Assembly (NCBI RefSeq): GCF_964194155.1
Contig: NC_135902.1
Location: 40,238,001-40,302,000 of the forward strand
Reading direction: 5' to 3'
DNA: 64,000 nt
Source of the DNA: Cetorhinus maximus
Taxonomy: Eukaryota
A program made the position numbers and the translations under genes. Positions 14,071-25,876 of the stretch are shown in pieces. Under the pieces are notes generated by a model that ran no database searches, was not told the origin of the DNA, and was given only the letters and a program-made list of their open reading frames with translations. Position 1 is the stretch's first letter. Every line of letters begins with the position of its first letter.

Positions 14071-14184
14071 TTCCTCCTCTTGCTAATTCATGCATTTGGG
14101 ATGGAGAGATTAAACTAACTGCTGGAGCATAGAGAGCATCAACACCAGGTAAAAACATTTCACACGGAAAGAATACTCAGTGAA

Positions 14185-14550
14185 ATACATAAGATTCTGA
14201 GAGGAATTGACGGGGTACATGCTGAGAGGTTGTCTCCCCTGGCTTGAGTATCTAGAACAAGGCAGTATAGCCTCTGGATAGGATGGCAACAATTTTGGCC
14301 AGAGATGAGGAGAAATTTCTTCACACAGAGTTGTGAATCTTTGGAATTCTCGACCTCAGAGGGATATGGATGCTCAGTTGTTGAGTATATTCAATTCTGG
14401 GGTCAATAGATTTTTGGACTTTGGACAAAGAATATGAGGATTGGGCGGGAAAATAGAGTTGAAGTGGACAGCCATGACTTCATTGAATGGGGATGGAGCA
14501 GGCTTGAGGGGCTATATAGCCCACTCCTCCTATTTCTTATGTTCTTATTA
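14185..14550 (+). mobile_element. CR1 LINE 3' fragment
   Basis: Same CR1 C-terminal coding remnant with a TTCTTATGTTCTTA tail. Confidence 0.75.
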
Positions 14551-14843
14551 GAAGAAAGGAGGTAACATTCCAAAGGGCAAAAAGTTCTCCCAATTGCGAT
14601 AGCGCTATTGGATTGTTATGCAGGATGTCACTATATCTCACATCACCCCAGAAGGACGATACCAGCCATAACAGATGTAAGAGGCTAAACAGTTATTGGG
14701 TATATTCATGTAACTATTTATAGAAACAAGCAATACAGCTGAGAGATACAGTACTTGAACTTTGGAGACAAATTTAATTTTTTTAATAAGTTAAAACAGT
14801 TCCCTTCAGTCCTCAGAGAACCTAAAATGAAGAAATTCTCAGC

Positions 14844-15020
14844 AAAAACAATGAATGCTGGAACAACTCAGCAGGTCTGACAGCATCTGTGGAGAGTCAT
14901 AAGGAGTCGAAACGTTAACTCTGCCTTTCCCTCCACAGGTGCTGTCAGACCTGCCTGAGTTTTTCCAGCATCTTTAGTTTTTGTTTCAGATTTCCAGCAT
15001 CCGCAGTATTTTGCCTTTAT
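14844..15020. mobile_element. Penelope-terminus derivative arranged as an inverted repeat
   Basis: 14856-14894 TGCTGGAACAACTCAGCAGGTCTGACAGCATCTGTGGAG is the near-perfect reverse complement of 14931-14970. Confidence 0.75.
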
Positions 15021-15446
15021 TTTCAGCAATCTTGTTCCTCAATGAAAACAGATTACCATCTTTGCATGAATTGCCCAAATGTAAAGTTACAGAGTTTAAT
15101 ACTCTGCTCCCCCCTCCCCCACCCCACCCCCACTGAAAGATGCACTATGGTAGTAATTTAGTCACCACTTAAATGCTGGGCCCCCTAGCGGTTTTCTTCC
15201 CATTAAAGTGAGTGAGGAAAAAAGTAGCGAGCGCGCAAGTGTGGGGCAAAAAACCCTCACTCAGTGGAGAGTAGATTTTTAGTTTGAGTTTTTTGGTTTT
15301 ACTTGAGGTAGATTTTTAATGTTTAAAACTCCTCTTCAAAGATAAAATCTGACAACAGGAGAGAGCATAGACCACATGTCAGTGTTTGTCACAACAGTGT
15401 TTACATAGTCATGAACGGTGATAGGAATTTAACAGCGCTGCGAAAC

Positions 15447-16237
15447 AATGGCTGGGTTTTGCTTTGGGCTTCACGACCCCGAAAGGGGAGACCCAAGCCC
15501 GCACTTGCAGGCTCACCGACCTTCCAGGAGGCGGCCTCTTAAGCAGGCAGGCTGGGCGGGACCTCGATGCTGCTGGCCCGGCCCCAGCAGAGGGTGGGCA
15601 GCTCAGGGGTGTCGCCAATCCGGAGGGAGAGGTGTGGGCGTTGCTGAAGCAGGTTCAGGACAGCGAGGGCGCCTTCATTTGGAAGGGCCTTTGCTGGGCT
15701 GCCTACATGTTCAGGAATTAACAGCAGCTCCACAGGAATAGAGGGTGACCCCCCTCCCCCTCCTTCTCACCCTCCCACCCCCCCCACCCTTCTCACCCCT
15801 CTCCCTTTCCATCCCCCTTCCCACCCCACCTGCCCCTTCCCATTCGTTCCCCTCCCCCTTCCCGCCCCCTCTCCTTCCCACCCCTCTCCCTCCTCACTCC
15901 CTCTCCCCTCCGCTTTCCTCCATTGGGTCGGGTGCAGTCACCATCCAGACCTTTAATGCTCGTGGCCCAGTCACTGGAGTGTGGAGGCGCCTGCTCCCTC
16001 CTGCCGCAGGGAGGGCTGCGATGAGGAGGCCAACCCCTGTGGCAAAATGCTGGCGAGCTTGCAGGACCAGCTGGAGTTAGGGCCTTTACACGTGTAACTG
16101 GCTGGGGCTACCCCGCCAATCCGATTCTCAACATTCTCCTGGGAAAGTTTTTCAACAGCGGGAATTGGCCCTGATGTGACTTCCCCCTATTCTCGCGGCT
16201 CCCCTCCCCCACCGCCAAGCAGGGAAAGTTCAACCCA
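15447..16237. repeat. GC-rich unclassified repeat with an internal C/T-rich low-complexity tract (15747-15920)
   Basis: Sharp GC-rich block; ~170 bp of C-run polypyrimidine (G-runs on the minus strand); the overlapping ORFs are low-complexity. Confidence 0.5.
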
Positions 16238-16257
16238 CTATGCTGCCAAAAATATTT

Positions 16258-16634
16258 CTTTTTTTATTCGCTCATGGGATGTGGGTGTCACTGGCTGGGC
16301 CAGAATCTGTTGCTCACCGCTAATTGCCCTTGAGAACTAAGTGGCTTGCTAGGCCGTTTCAGAGGGCATTTGAGAGTCAACTACATTGCTGTGTGTCTGG
16401 AGTCACATGTAGGCCAGACCAGGTAAGGACAGCAGATTTCCTTCCCTAAAGAACATTAATGAACCAGATGGGTTTTTAATGACAATTGATAACAGTTTCA
16501 TAGTCACCATTAGACTTTTAATTCCAGATTTTTTATTGAATTCAAATTTCATCATCTGCCATGGTGGGGTTCAAACCCAGATCCCCAGAGAATTACTTAG
16601 TCCAGTGACAATATCACTACACTACCACCTCCCC
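16258..16634 (-). mobile_element. tRNA-derived SINE, near full length
   Basis: Minus-strand head GGGGAGGTGGTAGTGTAGTG (A box) and GGTTTGAACCC (B box), ending CACATCCCATGAGCGAATAAAAAAA; related copies at ~18345, ~39965, ~43820, ~45665, ~50670 and ~58305. Confidence 0.8.
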
Positions 16635-18344
16635 AAGAGTGGTAATGAAACATTTCGATACAAAGAGAAAAAGAGGTTTACCAAAGGTTTGATGATGCAA
16701 CTAATGTCAAATTTCTATTGAAAAGACAGTAAAATGAATCTTCTTAGCTACCTCAGCTATTCCTTCCTCCTATCTAAAACATTTTAAAACTCAAGGGTGG
16801 ATTTGATTCATCTCCTCTTCTATCTTAACGCTGTTCAGCCTTGATTGTATGCAGGTTTATGTGTGGACTCCACAGTGGGTCTTACTTCCAATATAAGGAG
16901 AATCTTAATAAGGTTTTCTACTTTGACTCTTCTTTGGACGGTGCCCCTAGAGTGAGATTTATCTGAGACATAATGACTGCGCTAATTCATTTGTTGACAG
17001 TTAAATTACACATTACAATCATTAATGCTAGTTAGGTAGATTTATAACACTTGCCTCTCAGTCACTCACTTTTGCTGGAAAGCAGGCACTACAAGTAATG
17101 TCACTAGGGCAGGACTTCAGTTGCATGAACTGGGCATTTTATTTTCCTTTTTTTACACAAAAATTGGAACTTGCATACAAACAAACAGAGAAATGTAGTA
17201 ATGTTTTCTAATTATTTTTTCAAGCTTAATACAGCTATTTTCACATGTGTCCTTTACAGATGAGTTTAATAATGCCACAGTTTGGTAGTTGAATTTAATG
17301 CCAAGTCACCCATCAACGCCCAAGCAGGAATTCCAGGAATGAATCTTAACTTCTGTCCTCAAATACGCAGTGGAATTTACCTACATATACTTCCATTAAT
17401 GATGCCGTTGTACAGGTATCTTTTACAGACTTTTAAATAGCTCTTTGCAGATCTAAGTAATGCTGATGATTCTGGTAGCAGTTTTGATGATGTGACTGAA
17501 GAGCCAATGGGGTTGTTGGCCCCTTATCAACATTCAACCATTTAAAAAATAATTTTACTAAGTTTACAAGCAGTTTATTGGAGCATTTTGAAGATTTTTT
17601 TTTAAAAATCACACTTGTTACCATTCTACTGCAGCCAGTGTGAAGCTGATGAAGGTAGTTCTTCTGGTGGTAGTTTCACTATACTTACCTTTATTGGATC
17701 TGGCTGACTTCACGTTGAGTTATAGAACATTTAGCATCAATGTAAATGCAAAAAAGCATGGATGCAAACTGTACAATGTAACTATAGCCAGTAAAATAGA
17801 CTGAAAGGTCAACCATCAAAAATATTCAAAATTGCAGTTTTTCAGCATTTTGCATTTCCTCAGAAGCAGATATAAACATACTGAACTTCCGTAGTTACCC
17901 ATAAACAAAAGCCATTATAAATAGCTGTTGGGCAATACAGAACTTGAGTATTGCTGATTCCTGATGAGCATGTCTTTTTTTTCAACAATATCCATTATCT
18001 TGTGTTCTGAACTATATCCAGTTATAATGTTGAAAATTACAATTTTTAATCATTGACATCCTTGCAATAAAACACTGGGATATTTTATTTACCTTTTGGC
18101 TTCTTAATGACTAAGTGTAACTTGGCTTAATGGCAGAACTCTCACCTCTGTGTCAGAAGGTTGTGCATTCTAAGCCCTACTCCAGGACTTGAGCAAATAA
18201 TCTGGTCTGATGCATCAGAGCACTGAATTCTCAAAGCTTCCTTTATTTAATTAAATATTAAATTGAAGATTAGTCTGCCTGTTTAAGTGATATAAAGAAA
18301 TCCCAAAGCAGTTTTCAATAAAGGCTGAGCTTTTTAAATTCATT

Positions 18345-18600
18345 TAAGAGTCAACCACATTGCTGTAGGCCTGGAGTCACATGCAGGCCAGGCAATTTCC
18401 TTCCCTATAGAACATTAGTGAACTGGATGGGTTTTTACAACAATCAGCTCCATGGTCAACATCAGACTTTTAATTTCAGCTTTTTATTGAATTCAGATTT
18501 CACCATCTGCCATGGTGGGATTATGAACCCAGGTCCCCAAGGGGATTATACTGGGTCTTGTGGGATACTAGCCTAATGACAGTACCATTATGCCACCACC
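18345..18600 (-). mobile_element. tRNA-derived SINE (same family as 16258), preceded by a Deu-SINE 5' fragment (~18115-18330, +)
   Basis: Shares GAGTCAACCACATTGCTGT..GGAGTCACATG..CATCTGCCATGGTGGG with 16258-16634. Confidence 0.7.
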
Positions 18601-18619
18601 TAGCCAACACTAACTGTCA

Positions 18620-19750
18620 ACAGCAACTTGCATTTATATGGCATATTTAACAAAGCAAAAGGCCCCAAAGGTGCTTAACAGTCATTTTTGTTACATTAAG
18701 CAACAAAAGGAGATATCCGGACAGTTGACCAAAACCTTGGTCTAAGAGGTGGGTTTTAAAGAGCATCTTAAAGGAGGAGGGAGAGGTTTATAAAGGGAAT
18801 TCCAGAGCTTAGAGCTTAGGTGGTTGAAAGCATGGTCACCAATGGTAGAACACTTAAAATTAGGGATGCCCAAGAGGCCAGAATTGGAGAAGTGCAGAGC
18901 CCTTGAAGACTTGTAGGGCTGGAGGAAGTTTAAGAGATAGAGAAGGGTGAGGGTGTGGAGAGATTTGAAAATAAAAATGAACATTTTAAAATTGAGGCGT
19001 TGTTGGGCTGGGAAGAGTGTAGGTCAGTGAGCACAGGGTGATGAGCAAACGAGACTTGTTTCGAGTTAAGTTAATTCAAAACTCTGCTGTCCGTATCTTA
19101 AGTTTATGGAGGGAGGAAGATGTGAATATGGCGAGGAACTCACTGGATATTCAAATCTGGAGGTAATAATAGTTGAGTTTTTTCAGCAATAGATCAGCTG
19201 GGGCGGACCGAGGTTGTGATGGAGATGGAAGTAGTTAATCTTGGTGTTGGAATGGATGTGTGGTTGGAAGCTCATTTTGAGGTCAAACACAACATCAAGC
19301 TTGCGAACGGTTTGGCTCAACTTCATACAGTTGCAAGGGAGCCGGATGGAAATGGTGGTCAGGGAACGAAGTTTGTGGTAGGATCAAAGACAATAACTTC
19401 AGTCTTCCCAATATTTAGTTGCTCATCCAACGCTCCATGTCGGAGAAGTCATGTGACAAATCAGAGACAGTGGACTTAGTGAAGAGAGGTGATGGTAAGA
19501 TAGAGCTGAGCGTACATATGGAACCTCATGTTGTGTTTTCAGTTGACCCTTTGGATACTTTAAAGGTAATCATAATTTCACCCAGCTAGGCAACTGAGGA
19601 GTGGTGTTGGAGGAGGATGAAATGGTCAATTATACCAAAGGCTGCAGATGGTTGATAAAGATGAGGATGAGGAGGGATTGTTTACCACTGTCACAGTCAC
19701 ATAGAATGTCACCAGAACAGATTATCTGGGATTTAAGGGAATGTGGGTAT
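18620..19750 (-). mobile_element. L2-type LINE 3' portion, degraded
   Basis: CAACTTGCATTTATAT terminus; ORF 18742-18984 ..LQPYKSSRALHFSNSGLL..GDHAFNHLSSKLWNSL resembles the L2 ORF2 C-terminus. Confidence 0.65.
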
Positions 19751-19944
19751 CAGAATGCAATCTGTATGGTTTTCCTAAATTCAATGTAAGTCTTAAAGAG
19801 ATCTATTGCAGGTGACATCAGATCATTGTAAACAGGGAGATGACATAAGTGCTACATGGCTGTTGGGAAAGCAATAATGTCACAAAGGTATTAAGAAAAG
19901 TGATGATATCACAGTACCCTTGAACTCTTGCTATCACCACACAA

Positions 19945-22010
19945 TAGGAACATTAAAAGAAGAATAGACCATTAGGCCCTCAAGACTATTTTGCCATTCA
20001 GTAAAATCATGGCTGCTCTATATCCAAAGCCTATCTACCTTCCTTTGCTCCACATCCCTCAATACTGTTATGACCCCAGCTGAGGTTACCCCTGGACAAG
20101 CCTGGTCCCAGAGTGGAACCCAGCTTGATAGATCCTAACTTTTATTTGTTTGTTTAGATACATGAGAGTAGCTACTGAACAGAGCCACAGGAGTCAGCTG
20201 ATGAACTTTTAACAAAAGCATAACTCATTTATTGAACAATAAAGGATGAACTATATTACAATACCCCTTCACCCATAACGATGCCTTTACTGATATGTAC
20301 AGATTTGAAAGGATAATACAAGTTATAAAAACTATCTTCTACTCAAATGTCCGCAGTAAGTGTACAGTCATGTACCAATGGGCACCCTGTGGTCAGACAC
20401 ACCACACTCTGAAGCCAAGTAACAGGTCTCACCTCAACCAGATGCTATGGATCTCTCCTCAACTCCTCCCAGACGCTTGTCACATCATGAACCAACCAGT
20501 CTCACTGAACTCCATCCTTCACATGAGGCCTTCCAATCTCCACTCTCCAAGGACTCGCTTTGGAATCTTCTCCCAAACCGATGCTTTCCCTCAGATGCCT
20601 TCCGTAAGGGTTGACCTCCAGGGTTTTGAACTCTCCTTCCGATATTCCTCTCCCCCAGGTCACCAGATGCAATCAAGCTTTCTTCCATGCACTGTCTCTC
20701 ATCAACTCAGCCGTCAACAGTACACCACTGCTTCACATGCCCATAGCAAAGGGTTACAGACCTTCAGTTGTCTCTTTGGACCTTCTTGCCTCTTGCAATC
20801 TGCTCTTGCTTTAAATCTGCCTTCTGCAGCTTTTGCCTCTTTAAATCTGAAGCTTGGAGCCTTTCTCTCTGCCCCTCACTCTTAACTTCACTTAACAGGA
20901 CCTTTTCCAGATTCCTGTCCTTCCTTTTAACCAGAAGGTCTGTTTGGAACTTTCTCCTGTTTCTGTCTCACTCCTTTGGCCTTGGGACCTTTTGGTTCTT
21001 TTAGGAAATCTGTAGCTCCCTCTCCCAGTGTCCAGTCTCTCTGGAGTCCTGGCTTCAAATTGAACTTAAAACTGCTGTTTCTTTTGTTTTTCTGTGTGTG
21101 GCTGTGGGCGGGACCTGCTTCTCTGGACCCCTGTTGCTAGGCAACAACGCTGCTTTCCCCTACAATTGTTTGCTTGACTTAGCTTACAGCCGTAAAACAC
21201 TCATTAGAAATGCAAGCACCCTTTTAAAGTGAAACTAAAACCCAATTTGACCTTTTCTTAACCCACAAATACAGAACTACAAATCAAACTTAAACATTAA
21301 AGCTAAGATTCATTCCTAACACCAACAAATACAAATACAACTTACTTAACTTACTTAAACTGTCTCTATTTCCTAACAATACCTTTGGCTAGTAAAAATC
21401 TATTGCTCTGAATTAAAATTAATAATTGAGGTAGTGTAGACTGCTTTTTGTGAAAGAGTTCCGCATTTAGAATGGGCTGGTTCTCATTTTTAAGGAAATG
21501 TCTCCTTACGCTAGACTCCTTCACCCATGGAGAAAGTTACTCACTATCTGCCCTTCCTTCAAAATCCTAAAAACCTCAAACAAATCATCCCTTAACCTTT
21601 TAGGTTCCAGAAAATAGGAACCTAGGTTATGTAATTTCTTCCCATAATTTTACCCTTGGAACTTTTGGTAAAATTCTGGTGAATCTGCCCCTTCCAGTGC
21701 CAATATATCCTTTCTAAGGTGTGGTATAAAGACTAAACACGGTATTCCAGATGTGGTTTAGCCAAAGCTTTGTACAGCTATAGAAAGGCTTCCTCCCTTT
21801 TGTGTTCTAGTCTTCTCTTCGTAAAGGCTAACATTCCATTAGCCTATTTGATTTTTTTTGTACCACTTTACTATATTTTAATGATCTGTGTATCTGGACC
21901 CCTAAATCTTTTTGGACCCCTACTGCTCCCAACTTTTCGCCATTTAACAAATACTCGGATCTATCCTTTGTTGGTCCAAAATGAACGACCTCACGCTTAT
22001 CTGTATCCCA
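19945..22010 (-). mobile_element. Degraded CR1 3' portion split by a solo LTR
   Basis: Tail at 19945-20065 continues collinearly at 21383-22010 and resembles 1490-2425. Confidence 0.6.
20066..21378 (-). mobile_element. Solo LTR, 1313 bp (Ty3/Gypsy or ERV type)
   Basis: TGTTA...TAACA termini; 4-bp TSD ATAC at 20062-20065 and 21379-21382; interrupts a CR1. Strand is inferred from minus-strand AATAAA motifs near the left end. Confidence 0.8.
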
Positions 22011-23318
22011 TTTTAAATATTATTAAATAGGTTCTCATAAATATGAGGGGGGAAATGGTGCTTATACATTTATCTATCTAATATATATGCTGCCTGTGTA
22101 TGACTTTATCCCATCCCAACCCAAGCAGGGAAAATCATTGCAGCACAATTATTGACTGACATATGGTAAATAATTGCAGTAAGGTCAAGGAAATTAATAT
22201 TAATAGCATTACTTCAAAACTAAAATAATGCAGTCCAGTGGTATAACTTGCCATCTGAATTTTGCAAACAGCAACCTATCCATTGTCCCTCCCTGACATT
22301 CCCTCCTGACTCAGCATCCCTAAAATTCAAGTGCATTAAGTTTGGAGACGTTGTCATATCTCCTACTTCCTGTCCTCTGGATCAGAATTTTAAAAAGCTA
22401 AGATGGTATCACCATTATAAGAGCAGTTGATGCTCTGATTCTCTCACTCGGACTTTCCCAACCCGCTAAAGATTTGTACAGAATTATTCACGTCACACAT
22501 CTTGCTTCAACGGTAGAATTTAAACATTTTAAGTAAAGATGTATCTCTCCTTGGTTTTTGTATGTTGTGATTCATTGCGTAGGAATTAATGAGGTTACAG
22601 TGGTGAAAGTGAAGACAGATTGGTATTTCATAGGTATTTGGTGATGTTACATTATTACATGCAAAATTTGTAGACATTAGAATGTTATTACTGCTATTTG
22701 CATGTATACTTGTGCCTAGTTCTGTTTTCATATGCAGAAACTACTTGTTACGTAAGTTAAAATTCTCATATAAAGTCTCTATTCTTGTAAATAAATGCCA
22801 CACATAGCAGCTTGGAGGATGATGCATCCAAGAAAGATTGTTCTGGTTTTGTGTGAAAAGCAGATTGCCTATCACTTGGCTTTATCTATCTCTGGGTGTG
22901 AGCTTCAGTAGTACTCAGACAGGCCACTAGATGGAGAGCTTTGCTGCCTTGGCTGTTCCCATTTTAGACGTAGGTAGGGGAGGCAAGAACTGGTAAATTT
23001 CTTGGGTCTGCTGCAAGCAAACCTTCTACGAGCTGTTCATGGGCCAACAAGAGCTAGGGTCATCGAGGAACCTACTTCTTTAGGCTTTGTTGCCTTTCCT
23101 GACTGAAAGAGGCTGCACTTTGGTGAGAAAGTCATGAGAAATACAAGAAAGGAGGAAGGTGATAGCAAGCTACAGACACTTGTCTAGTGCAATGTGGACT
23201 ATCCTGTGAAAAACAAAATAGCATTTGGGCAACAATCAACAGAGTAAAAATAAATAAAGTTCCTCTTCTAACATAAGTAAGTATCCAGTAATGACCATTT
23301 TCTGTAGATTGTTGCATA

Positions 23319-24125
23319 TGTGAGACTTTATAAGATAGTTATGTTTTAAACTGTCACCTTTAAGGTAACGTCGAGTAGTGGAGGGGGGATGAAGTCTGCC
23401 CAGAGACAAACTTATGTGATCTGGTTGCCATGGGGACAGGTGCCCAGGTGGAAACTTATTGAAAGTCAGGTGCAGGTTTTTTTAACGCCTGGACACAAGG
23501 CAAAGGCAGGTGTTCTTGCTGCTTGCAGACTCACAGACTGTCAAGAGTAGTCAGCCATTTGGGGAAGAAGACCCACAATAAGCGCATCCAACCCAGACAG
23601 AAGAAAATAACTGCTTTTGGGTTAATCACCAAGCAGAGGTCTGGTGAGGACGGAACCCAAGTTTGAGGAAATAAGGATTGTGAAGAGTTAAGGACCATGG
23701 AATCACCAGAGGTTACCTGGTGAATGGGAGGTCCATTCAATCATGCTCAAAGGGTTTAGTGAAGGGGACTTTGTTCGAAAGAACACTGGAAGATTCACCC
23801 TGCTGAAACAGGGAGAAGAGATCCTGTTGGAGCCAGCAGGAACTTTGGACTTTAATCACAAGACTATAGTCCTGCAGACAATGTGGTGTAATGTATAAAT
23901 GCTGTGTGGGGTTTTTGGTTGTGTTAAGAAGTTGCTAGGGAATACTTTCTCTGTAGTTTAGTGTATTAGTTGCTCCTAAGTAATGTTTGGCCTATGTTGA
24001 TTTTAGTGTGATTGTTACAGTAAAATTCTTAAAATGTGGAATCTTATTACGTGATCCTTTGAGTCGGTCACTGGAAAATTTATATCTCTTTTTAAAAGTT
24101 ATTGGTCTGAATGGGAATCATAACA
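23319..24125 (+). mobile_element. Possible solo LTR
   Basis: Ends in TCATAACA with AGTAAA upstream; LTR-like composition; no clear TSD and the left boundary is uncertain. Confidence 0.35.
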
Positions 24126-25876
24126 TGAATATTGCTGTTGGTTTGCAATCTTAGTTTTTTTGGACCAATAATAATTTATGGAAAAAAGAGCAGATGAACC
24201 ATATCAATAACAAGCATAAAAATCATGTACTGAGGCAAGTTATTTTATTCCACTTGTATCATATTTTTAAGGAATTGGTATGCAGTTCCAACAGGAACTA
24301 CTGGCAATACATCACTACTGTCGCCAGCATATGTGAGCAATAAAAACTTGTTAAAAATCCTTTTGAATTGAACGGTTTTGTTGAATGGCAAAATTGCGTG
24401 ACTCTTGCAACCAGTTGTGGGTCCAGGCAGATCTTTTCAGTTGAGTTTTTTTCTTTCATTCCTCACCATTTCTTTTTCCCCACCAACTTCTGCACTCTCC
24501 TACCTTCGCCTCCATACTTGGATGCAGTTCCATGGGCGACGGGTGCCTTCTTGGACCTCACCCAGGAGGCCATTGTGCATCTGCAAGGCATGACAGGGAG
24601 AGTCACCTGCCAAATTTGCAACTGCCCCTAATTCTGTCACTGCCCAATGACCATACCCACATGCACTTTCAACAGGGATCACTGGACAGCAACCAGAAGC
24701 AGGTCGTGATCAGGTTTTTCAGCACATGTTTGAATTTCAAAACAATCCCTGGTAAGTTATTTCTGTTAACAATGGAAAATATACAATAAAAATGTGTGAA
24801 TCTTGTTAGTCCCAAAGATTGATCACCTTATTAGCAGAGTATGCCTTTGGTATTTCATTCTTAAACTTTTGCATAAATCACATTTTAAAATAACTTCAAA
24901 TTCAATTACATGTACAAAATGCGTTTGTGGCTTTAATTCACTGCATCCATAAAAAATGCATCCATGTACTCCTAGCTTATGTTATCCATTAACATTGAAC
25001 AGCCATTGGAACTAGCAAACACAGCCCCACTGTCCCTACAGTCTTAAGAATGAAATTAACTCTGTTTCTGATGTAATTGGGGAACAAAGTAAATTTATAG
25101 TACAAGAAAAAAAAAGGAATTTATTCAATTGGTTTACAAAATCAGTAATGCAGGAACTGTGTGCCCTCTCTCTGAGTCACGCAACACCAGTTATTCATAC
25201 AGTATCGAAAATCTCCAAAATAATAGGTTGATTTGAACTGGATATTATTTTTTTTTTCTTCATATACAATAAATATGATTATAAAGTACAATTTCATATT
25301 TTTGCAGGTGTAGTTTAAAAAGAAATTGTGAGATTAGTTATTTATACTTTTTTTGAGTTTCTTTATCTGTGTCATTTATCTGAACTGTTGCATGTAGTTT
25401 ACCTGTACAAATAGTCTTGTGATACCTGTGCTACACAGCACTTTGGTGGAAAACTGCTGAGTCGATAGTTCTTACAGCTTGGCCTAATTTAAAATTATTT
25501 TAAATTTGAAGTTTTGTAAAACTTAGCTAAAATAAATACTATGCGATGTCATTCTTGTTTAAAGAAATACTGAAACACTATATGTCACACAACTCTTAGT
25601 ACAATTGCAAAATATGTGGGTGCCTGATTTGTTAGTAAACTGAATCTTAAAAGGACAGTATTCTGTTCTTGGTGGCAGAAATCATTGATCCAAAAGTTCT
25701 ATTGTCAGCAACACAACATTTTAAATTTAAAAATAAAAATTCTCTATGGTTATAAAGTAAAACAACACAAAGGTGTGTAATTGACCCTGACCCTGAGGGA
25801 AACTATAGTTTTGGTAAAACTTTAGCCTCTCTACTGTTGTCATATAAAAAGCCAATGTCCAACAATACAGAGTTTC

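Noticed and set aside
15745-16080. Proline-rich ORF (also 30033-30236)
   Set aside because: Translation of C-rich low-complexity tracts.
20295-20885. 196-aa ORF
   Set aside because: Lies inside the solo LTR and has no gag/pol/env motif.
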